Origin: Cyanophora paradoxa CCMP329 | Taxonomy: Eukaryota > Plantae > Glaucophyta | Reading direction: 5' to 3' | Assembly (NCBI GenBank): GCA_004431415.1 | Contig: QPMI01000589.1 | Coordinates: forward strand, 49,973-113,972 | DNA length: 64,000 nt | Part shown: positions 57,499-64,000 of the stretch, one piece after another | Numbering within the stretch: position 1 is the first letter of the stretch | How the letters are laid out: each line of letters begins with the position of its first letter | Notes under the pieces: model-generated | What the model saw: the letters and a program-made list of their open reading frames with translations, nothing else | The model's database searches: none | What the model was told of the DNA's origin: nothing | Position numbers and translations under genes: made by a program

Positions 57499-59469
57499 CT
57501 ACGTTATTAGAGGGCGCGGCCCCCGTCGCGCCAGGTCCGCGTCGTACGCCTTCTTGCGGAGTGCGTCCGTGATCGCAGACCAGTCGCGTGTGCCGTTAAG
57601 ATAACCCAGGGCAAGTCCTTGGCCCAACATGAAGTAACGCTCTGGATCCAAGTTCATGAGTTGCTGGGCCCGCTCCTCTACGCGCCGCACACGCTCCATA
57701 AAGGGGCCCTTTGCCGCAGATCCGAGCGGGTCCGCTTCTCGCTCAGCTTCGAAGAATTTCACGACATCCCCGCCCAGGTCCGAAATATCACGGTGCTGCT
57801 CTGCTATCCGTGCCTGTGCCTTGTTGACTCCAGCTGCCTGGGCTTGGGCTATCGATGCCAGTTGGTTGTAATCGATTTCTTCTGCAAGGTATTTCGCAAC
57901 GGCGGCGTCCCCTGCAGCGCGCGCGATTTCGGGCGATACGCTCACAAGGAATCCCTCCCGGCGAGCCCGATTGGCCGCGCGCTCCGCTTCCGCCTCCTCG
58001 TCCATGGGATCGTCTGGACTGGCTGGATTGCCTGGAGCACCGGAGCGAATTTTCTTCAGCAGCCCCGCACGGCGAGCTTCTGTCGCCTCTTTCACCTTCT
58101 TGGCGGCCAGTTCAAGCGCATCGTTTAAGTCCATCGTCGTATACCCGGGTCTCCGCCCCGTATCCTTGTACGCGGCCCTGCGCTTGTCCATGGCTTCCAT
58201 CTCGCGCGGGGACGAGGGGGCGATTTCTATCCCCGCGTTTGCGAGTTGAGCCTGGACGGCGACGGGCACCCGCTCGAGCACGGCCCTTGCCGCCGCAACG
58301 GCCACCGCCTCGGCCGCCACCACCTCTGGCGGGCGCGAGGGCCCCGCCTGTGGCTCGGGCGGCGGCGGGGGTGGCGGCGGGGGCGGCGGCGGGGGCTGCT
58401 GCTCCGCTGGGGGCGCCGACGGCCGGGCCACCGTGTCCGGGGGCTGCGAGGGGCCGGGCTGCGGCTGCAGCGGTGGCGTCTTCGGCCCGGGGGGCGGAGG
58501 CGGCGGAGGCGGAGGCCCCGGAGGCGGGGCCCCCCCTTCGTTGTCGGAGTCTGACTCGATCATTTCGTCTCTGGGTTCCTTGGATGGCAGGGCCTTCTGA
58601 ATGAGGGCCTCGCGCGCGCCCTTGCCCGCCTTGATTGCTCTGCCCATGGCCGCCTCCGGGAAACTGGCCTCGATGGCCTCGTTGTCCCCGTCCGTGATGC
58701 GCACCTTCTGCTCGCGGCGGGCCTTGATGTACTGTTCCTTGTCCATCCGCTTCTTCGCCCGCCTTTTCTCCCTGGGTACGTCGCGCTGGCGGCTCTCGTC
58801 CGGCCCCGGCCCCTCGCTGTCCGAGCTCGAGGGCGGCTCGGCCTGGGCGAAGGGCTGGCGCGTGTTGCGGTTCGTCCAGTCGGGGTCGTACTTCCCTCCG
58901 ATCAGCTCCTCGGGCTTCTTGTTCTCGCGCGCGTAGATGCTCGTGGGCTTGAACTCCTCGCCGTTGATGATGTACTTGTAGTAGTAGTACGCGTCCTCGA
59001 GGTTCATCGGGCCCAGCGTCTCGAGGCGCTTCTTGCGCTTCAGGAATTCGGTGATCTGATCCTCCTTCGACTTGCAGAACTCCCGCACGCCCGGCAGCAC
59101 CGTCAGGTTCTTGCCGTCCACGTCGCAGGCGCCCGCTCCCTTGGCCTTCAGGTTCGCGGTGAAGGCCGACTGGCCCATCAGCCAGGCGCGGAAGCCCTCC
59201 TCGTACTCCTCGTCGAGGCTCGACTCCATCTGCTGGAACTTGTTGATGTAGTACGCGTTGGCGATGGCCTGCGCCTCCACCTCGGCGAGCTTGTCCGATT
59301 GATCGCGCTCCTCGAACCGAATTTCCGGCGTGGCCCTCGCCAGCGCCGTCTTCATCAGCTGCTGAAAGTGCGCGTACTTGTCGCTCTCGAAGGGCGTGAT
59401 GTGCGAGTCCCCGCCCCCCGGGATCGCGAGCACGTTGCGCGGCGCGAAACGCGAGGCGAGCCCCCTCAT
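57499..59469 (-). CDS. Large putative virion protein with a Pro-rich linker
   Basis: FRAWLMGQS..LPGVREF..GPMNLEDAYYYYKYI domain, then poly-Pro and a lower-GC C-terminal part. Confidence 0.7.
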   Translation of the reverse strand: MRGLASRFAPRNVLAIPGGGDSHITPFESDKYAHFQQLMKTALARATPEIRFEERDQSDKLAEVEAQAIANAYYINKFQQMESSLDEEYEEGFRAWLMGQSAFTANLKAKGAGACDVDGKNLTVLPGVREFCKSKEDQITEFLKRKKRLETLGPMNLEDAYYYYKYIINGEEFKPTSIYARENKKPEELIGGKYDPDWTNRNTRQPFAQAEPPSSSDSEGPGPDESRQRDVPREKRRAKKRMDKEQYIKARREQKVRITDGDNEAIEASFPEAAMGRAIKAGKGAREALIQKALPSKEPRDEMIESDSDNEGGAPPPGPPPPPPPPPGPKTPPLQPQPGPSQPPDTVARPSAPPAEQQPPPPPPPPPPPPPEPQAGPSRPPEVVAAEAVAVAAARAVLERVPVAVQAQLANAGIEIAPSSPREMEAMDKRRAAYKDTGRRPGYTTMDLNDALELAAKKVKEATEARRAGLLKKIRSGAPGNPASPDDPMDEEAEAERAANRARREGFLVSVSPEIARAAGDAAVAKYLAEEIDYNQLASIAQAQAAGVNKAQARIAEQHRDISDLGGDVVKFFEAEREADPLGSAAKGPFMERVRRVEERAQQLMNLDPERYFMLGQGLALGYLNGTRDWSAITDALRKKAYDADLARRGPRPLIT

Positions 59470-59744
59470 TTGCACTTCTTAGGAGCCGGCTTTGAAATTT
59501 TATCGGTCTTGGCCTTGTCTTCCTTCCCGTCCTTCTTCTCGGCCCCCTTCTTCCCCTGCTTCGTCGGGCGCATCGCCACGAATATTTCGCCGGGCGAGAC
59601 GTCCTCGTACAGCGGCTTCGGTCCCTTAGGAAATTCGGGCGGGCCCTTCAGCTTCTCCTTCGCCTCCTTCACCTCCGCCTTGGTGGGCCGCTCCTGCCCG
59701 TTCGTGGGCGCCTTTTTCGCGGGCTTCTTCTGCGCCTCCGGCAT
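59466..59744 (-). CDS. Small Lys-rich basic protein (or the frameshifted N-terminus of the next gene)
   Basis: 92 aa, very K-rich; ATGA overlap with the downstream ORF. Confidence 0.55.
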   Translation of the reverse strand: MPEAQKKPAKKAPTNGQERPTKAEVKEAKEKLKGPPEFPKGPKPLYEDVSPGEIFVAMRPTKQGKKGAEKKDGKEDKAKTDKISKPAPKKCK

Positions 59745-59746
59745 GT

Positions 59747-60085
59747 TTACCCATCACCAGAAAAATATGGGTTGGCGCCCCCGTACGTCTCGGGGAACTG
59801 CCTCTCCCACCTGCGCTCGGCCGCGTCCCTCTGGTCGGCGAAGCTACGGTAGGCCGCGGCCCTCTGCCCCATCACGATTTGCCAGAGCCGTGCACGGACC
59901 TCGTCCTGCAGTCTGTACACCCAATCGCGAATGTTCTCGACGATATCCGTCGGCAGCGTGGCCAACCCCGCCTTGATCTCGGGTACATCCGTGGGATCCT
60001 CTTCGAGCGTAAGCTTCTGCATGCGAGCGCGCAGCATCTCAATTTGCGTATCGATTGGGGCCCAATAAGGGATAGATCGAGACAT
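59747..60085 (-). CDS. Viral protein with an F-box-like motif
   Basis: GLATLPTDIVENIRDWV. Confidence 0.55.
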   Translation of the reverse strand: MSRSIPYWAPIDTQIEMLRARMQKLTLEEDPTDVPEIKAGLATLPTDIVENIRDWVYRLQDEVRARLWQIVMGQRAAAYRSFADQRDAAERRWERQFPETYGGANPYFSGDG

Positions 60086-60150
60086 CGGGGTACGGGGTCA
60101 CTGAGAAATTACACTGGGTCGGAAGAGGAGGTACCCCACCAGGATCCCCG

Positions 60151-60360
60151 CTATAATCCAGAGGGGCGACCAGTCGCGCTCCGCCGGCGCGCCCCCGGCG
60201 TCACCATCAGCTGCCCCGCCCCGGGCCTGCGCAGGCCGTGCGTGCGGTGGTCCGCCCAGTGCGGGCGCGGGAACTGCTCCTGCGGCATGCGCTCGGGGTA
60301 GATGCCGTCGAATCGGTTCTGCATTTGGTACATGTCCCTATCGAACAGCAGGGAGGCCAT
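60151..60360 (-). CDS. Small viral hypothetical protein
   Basis: 69 aa; upstream TTTCTAAGTCCCTCC is identical to the one before 50448. Confidence 0.5.
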   Translation of the reverse strand: MASLLFDRDMYQMQNRFDGIYPERMPQEQFPRPHWADHRTHGLRRPGAGQLMVTPGARRRSATGRPSGL

Positions 60361-60586
60361 TTCTCAATTTGGGGAGGGACTTAGAAATACTGCCCGTGAG
60401 CTCCCTGTCGCGGATCCTGCGAAAATCCGCGAAGAGCCCGCGCGCGCAGCGCCTGCAGACGAGGCGGGCCCGCCCGCCCACGCGCGCCACCGAGATCTCG
60501 TGGCCGAACTGCAGGTGGCCCGGGAAGCAGGTGGGGGGGTAGTCGCAGACGAAGCAGTGGCAGGGGCAGTTGCGCCGCCGAATCAC
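60338..60586 (-). CDS. Small Cys-rich zinc-binding protein
   Basis: CPCHCFVC..LVCRRC. Confidence 0.45.
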   Translation of the reverse strand: MIRRRNCPCHCFVCDYPPTCFPGHLQFGHEISVARVGGRARLVCRRCARGLFADFRRIRDRELTGSISKSLPKLRNGLPAVR

Positions 60587-60974
60587 TGCTGAAGAATCGC
60601 AGGCTCGCTCGCCGCCTTCCTCGGCGCGCGCTGGCGCTTGGGCTGGGCCTCGAGCGGGCTCGGGTCGCCCTCCGCGGGGGCCGCCTTGGCCTTCTGCCGG
60701 GGCGCCGCGGGGGGCTTCGGGGCCGTAGGGGCTGCCGGTGCCTGGCTCGAGCCGGCGGCCGGGCCAGCGGCGTCGGTCACCTGCGGGCGCTGCGGCGGAG
60801 GGCTGGTCTCCCGGGCCCCTCCTCGAGGACCCGGCGCATGAAGCGCGAGACGCGGCCGCTGCATTGCGTGCAGGAGCCGACGGCCACCTGGCGGTTGTTC
60901 TTGCTGGTACGCACCTCGACGTTGGCGAGCTTGGTGTTGGAGCGGCACTTGAAGCAGTAGTGGGCGTGCTCCAT
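60583..60974 (-). CDS. DUF5679-like zinc-ribbon protein; probable frameshift near 60818
   Basis: YCFKCR..NVEVRTSKNNRQVAVGSCTQCSGRVSRF. Confidence 0.7.
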
Positions 60975-60983
60975 GGGATCTAG

Positions 60984-61145
60984 CTACGGGTGTAGACAGC
61001 CTTCAGAAAAAAGTGCGTAGTAGCGGACGGCGCACCGGGGGCAGCAGACGTAGACGCCCGCCTTGAGCACCCAGCCGCGCTTGGTCTGGGGCAGGCGGCA
61101 GATTTCGCAGCAGAGGGACCTGGGCTTGCGGCACGAGGATCCCAT
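60984..61145 (-). CDS. 53-aa Cys-rich protein (below the ORF-track cutoff)
   Basis: MGSSCRKPRSLCCEICRL..VYVCCPRCAVR; upstream ATTTCTAG. Confidence 0.5.
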   Translation of the reverse strand: MGSSCRKPRSLCCEICRLPQTKRGWVLKAGVYVCCPRCAVRYYALFSEGCLHP

Positions 61146-61177
61146 CTGGCGGGCGGGGCCTAGAAATCACAATGGGA

Positions 61178-61654
61178 TCACAACGGATTGAGCGCGGCGT
61201 AGAGGGCGATTAAGTAGGCGTCGCAGAGGTCGTCGAGCTTGCCGTTTCGATCCGCGATGTCGGCGAGCTCGGCGGGTACGAGGTCGCGGCACTTGTCCAC
61301 GGCGCCCCGCTTGCGCTCCTTGTAGCTCGGGTTCGAGATCTTGAAGAAGTGCTTGATGGCGCGCGGGCTCACGATCCGCGCACGCCCGTACAGCAGGGCG
61401 TGGAGCGTGCACTCGATGCAGCGATTGATTCCCGTCCTCTGGCCCTCGATCGCGATCTGGTCGGGAAGGCCGAAGGCGCTATGGCCGCGAGTAACCTCCA
61501 CCAGGCGCGCAACCAGGCGGCCACAGCAGCGCGCAGACGGGAAGAGGGCGATCTTCTGCCAGTCGAGAATCTGGGATTCCTTTGTCTGCGGATCGAATTC
61601 GATGAGGCACCATGCGAAATTGATGACCCCCACATCCACGCCGAGGATCTTCAT
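61178..61654 (-). CDS. RuvC/poxvirus A22-like Holliday junction resolvase
   Basis: MKILGVDVGVINFAWC, IAIEGQ, YKERKRGAV, KLDDLCDAYLIA. Confidence 0.92.
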   Translation of the reverse strand: MKILGVDVGVINFAWCLIEFDPQTKESQILDWQKIALFPSARCCGRLVARLVEVTRGHSAFGLPDQIAIEGQRTGINRCIECTLHALLYGRARIVSPRAIKHFFKISNPSYKERKRGAVDKCRDLVPAELADIADRNGKLDDLCDAYLIALYAALNPL

Positions 61655-61686
61655 CCCAGGGTCGCAAGAAAATCTGAATGAAGGGG

Positions 61687-61899
61687 ATGGCAGAGGCCTG
61701 GGCGGAAAAATTCATCCGGATGGTGCATCGACATTACCGAGATGAGTTCTTCAGCTCAGACTACAGCCAAAGCGTTCCAGACATTCTGAGCGATTTCGAA
61801 AGCTGCATTAGAGAGGGCTGCGCGCTGCTAGGTATCGACTACGAGGACCTGGAGCTAGGTATCGACTACGAGGACCTGGAGCACCCTCGAAAAATCTGA
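61687..61899 (+). CDS. Small acidic protein with an internal 27-bp tandem duplication
   Basis: LGIDYEDLE twice (61827-61880); flanked by 18-bp direct repeats. Confidence 0.5.
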   Translation: MAEAWAEKFIRMVHRHYRDEFFSSDYSQSVPDILSDFESCIREGCALLGIDYEDLELGIDYEDLEHPRKI

Positions 61900-62065
61900 A
61901 TGAAGGGGGTAAAATGGCCAAGGACCCCAAGAAGCCGAAGAAGCCGAAGGCGGCCAAGCCCCAGCCCGCCCAGCCCGCAGGCGCAGCGCCCGCGGCCCCG
62001 CCCCCGCCGGCCAGGCCACCGGCACGGGCTCGGGCACGGCCCCCGCCGCCGGCGCCAGCTGCGCC

Positions 62066-62983
62066 ATGGGCATGACAGAGGACGGCCAGCAGCTCACGCC
62101 CGAGCAGGTCAACGCCTTCCTCGACAACTCGAAGACGGGAGGCATCGAGCGCATGGCCTGCCTGCCCGAGCTCAAGTGGTTCGACGTGAACACCGTCAAG
62201 TCCGACGCCACGGTCGTCTGCGTCGGCAAGCGGCGCACGGGCAAGTCCTTCTTCCTCCGCGATCTCATGTTCAACCTCTCCGGCACCTTCCCGGGGGGTA
62301 TCGTGATCAGCCAGACCGATCGCCTGAACGGCTACTGGAAGCAGTACATCCCGCAGCGCTTCATCTGGCCCAAGTACAACCCGGGCGTGCTCTTCCATTT
62401 ATTCAGGAGGCAGCAGGCGATCATGCAGCACAACAAGTCCGAAGACGTGCTCGCGGGAAAGGAGGATCCCGTCGACCCGCGATTTTTCGTGCTGCTCGAC
62501 GACGTGATTTCCGACGCTCGGCTGCGGTACGACGAGGCCCTCAACGAGCTCTTCGTGGCGGGGCGCCACTACAAAATCATGACCCTTATCACGACGCAGT
62601 ATGCCAAGGGCATCAATCCCGTCCTGCGCTCCAATACTGATCTGGCTGTCATTTTCAAGTGCTCGCAGGCGATGCAGCGCGAGGCCCTCGCAAAGGAGTG
62701 GGGCGACATCATCTCCCAGCGCGCCTTCTACTACCTGCTCGATAAGTACACGCAGGATAACCACTGCCTTATCATCGATTCTTCCAACAACTCTACGAAC
62801 CCTCTGGACGTTTTGTACGTCTACAAGGCCGAGGAGCCGCCCCCCTTCCGCATCGGATCCAAGGAGTACTGGGAGGGCGAAACCGTCAACGGAGAAAATC
62901 TCGTGGGTCCGGACGACGGCACGGTGGACAAGACGCTCCTCGGCATGATCTCTAACTTCCGCAAGTCTCGGGGTCTTGCGTAG
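62066..62983 (+). CDS. A32/FtsK-HerA family DNA packaging ATPase (true start may be 61914 via a frameshift)
   Basis: VCVGKRRTGKS, FVLLDDVI, LNELFVAGRHYKI..ITTQYAKGINPVLRSNTD. Confidence 0.95.
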   Translation: MGMTEDGQQLTPEQVNAFLDNSKTGGIERMACLPELKWFDVNTVKSDATVVCVGKRRTGKSFFLRDLMFNLSGTFPGGIVISQTDRLNGYWKQYIPQRFIWPKYNPGVLFHLFRRQQAIMQHNKSEDVLAGKEDPVDPRFFVLLDDVISDARLRYDEALNELFVAGRHYKIMTLITTQYAKGINPVLRSNTDLAVIFKCSQAMQREALAKEWGDIISQRAFYYLLDKYTQDNHCLIIDSSNNSTNPLDVLYVYKAEEPPPFRIGSKEYWEGETVNGENLVGPDDGTVDKTLLGMISNFRKSRGLA

Positions 62984-63473
62984 GAAAGTTGAGATGGGCC
63001 TGTGCACCATGCCAGAGTCTCGCCATGCGATCATAATCGCGGGCGGCCTCTTCTGCGGTGCTGTGTCGTTTAAAGTAACGACCATGGTGCTTAGACTGAA
63101 TGTCAGTCTGATATTTTCCAGCATGGAATCGAACTCCTTTGAAGCCGGTCTTATTGTTCTTGTTCTTGCCGCGGTTGAGACAGTTTTGCTGATGAGTTAC
63201 GAATGCCAGGTTGCAAGCACGATTATCGTTCACATCTCGGTTAATGTGATCTACCACTAAACCTTTGGGTGGCTTGCCAAGGACAAGGTGGTAGATGTAA
63301 ATATGCTTGCGTGTTCCTGGAATTGTAGTAAAAGGGCGACCTCGCAAGACCAACCATTTATACTTGGAGAGCTCCTCGTACCGCTCGGGGTCGATCTTAG
63401 TCCACCCAACGACACTCGTACCTCCCTTGCCGCGCCCAAGCTCTCCGCGGCTGTGCAAAGGGAGATACTCCAT
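62952..63473 (-). CDS. HNH-AP2 homing endonuclease
   Basis: VVDHINRDVNDNRACNL, TGFKGVRF, TAEEAARDYD..HGAQAHLNF. Confidence 0.93.
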   Translation of the reverse strand: MEYLPLHSRGELGRGKGGTSVVGWTKIDPERYEELSKYKWLVLRGRPFTTIPGTRKHIYIYHLVLGKPPKGLVVDHINRDVNDNRACNLAFVTHQQNCLNRGKNKNNKTGFKGVRFHAGKYQTDIQSKHHGRYFKRHSTAEEAARDYDRMARLWHGAQAHLNFPTQDPETCGS

Positions 63474-63549
63474 GATGATATCAAGGTTTAGAAAATTTCA
63501 GGAAGCACCGCGGCCTCGCCTGATTTTTTCTGAGGCTTCGTGCGTAAGC

Positions 63550-63912
63550 ATGTCGCCCAGCGCCCACATCGCCTCCGTCTTCCGCGTCGAGTCCATCGCT
63601 TACGACTGCCTCCTGGAGGCGAGCCTCGACCCCTCCTCGCCCTTTAACGACGGCGAGGTCAGCAGCGCCCTGGAGAGGATCTGCGACGCGCTGGGAATTA
63701 ACTGGGAGCGCCTGACCGCGGAGGCGGCGGACGAGGCCGCGGCCGAGTCGCTGGGCAGTGAGGACACCAGCTCGGAGGAGATGACAGACGAAGAGGGAGA
63801 CAGGGTGATTTACGTGCGCGACCGGACGATTTTGCGACCTCGGAATCGGGCTCGGAGGAGGAGGCAGAGGAGACCGAGGACGAGGACTCCGACGCCTAGG
63901 CGCGCCCCTTAA
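63550..63912 (+). CDS. Acidic viral hypothetical protein
   Basis: MSPSAHIAS..ICDALGINWERL; upstream TTTTTCTGA. Confidence 0.55.
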   Translation: MSPSAHIASVFRVESIAYDCLLEASLDPSSPFNDGEVSSALERICDALGINWERLTAEAADEAAAESLGSEDTSSEEMTDEEGDRVIYVRDRTILRPRNRARRRRQRRPRTRTPTPRRAP

Positions 63913-64000
63913 AAATTTCCGAGGCGCTAGGAAATGTCAAAGGTGCTCCTAGGGCTCTCCAGGCTATCGTGCAGTACGCCCTCGGCCTGGCATCCGGCTC

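Larger units (their letters stand above)
39850..64000. mobile_element. Endogenous dsDNA virus, small Nucleocytoviricota relative (Yaravirus/mriyavirus-like); left boundary approximate, continues past the window
   Basis: Abrupt switch to dense intronless ORFs with lower GC. Encodes an NCLDV-type MCP, A32 ATPase, A22-like resolvase, SSB, YqaJ nuclease and SF2 helicase; no polB or integrase seen. Confidence 0.88.

Noticed and set aside
39850-64000. Bacterial prophage contamination or a classical Polinton/virophage
   Set aside because: The MCP, ATPase and resolvase are NCLDV-type; no terminase, portal or tail genes, and no pPolB, rve integrase or maturation protease are visible in this window

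Overview
A very GC-rich eukaryotic contig with short introns, many of which have GC-AG splice sites. Phe-motif plastid transit peptides suggest a primary-plastid alga, possibly a glaucophyte (inference). Bases 1 to ~39 kb are host genes: a NIPA/Rsm1-like C3HC zinc-finger protein, acireductone dioxygenase, VTE6, a divergent Hsp70, a plastid aldo-keto reductase and two locally expanded F-box/LRR families. This part also carries a young 599-bp TRIM-type LTR element whose identical LTRs contain a tRNA-like Pol III module. From ~39.9 kb past the right edge lies a gene-dense, almost intron-free endogenous dsDNA virus. It has Nucleocytoviricota-type hallmarks (double-jelly-roll major capsid protein, A32 packaging ATPase, A22/RuvC-like resolvase, OB-fold SSB, YqaJ nuclease) but no DNA polymerase or integrase is visible in the window, which best fits a small giant-virus relative (Yaravirus/mriyavirus-like). 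Unusual parts of the element are a herpes UL9-like origin-binding helicase bracketed by five oriS-like palindromic repeats, a perfect 90-bp inverted repeat with TGACG iterons, a shared upstream motif, F-box-like proteins and one gene with host-style introns. All family calls come from motif recognition by eye. Ends of multi-exon genes and the left viral boundary are approximate.
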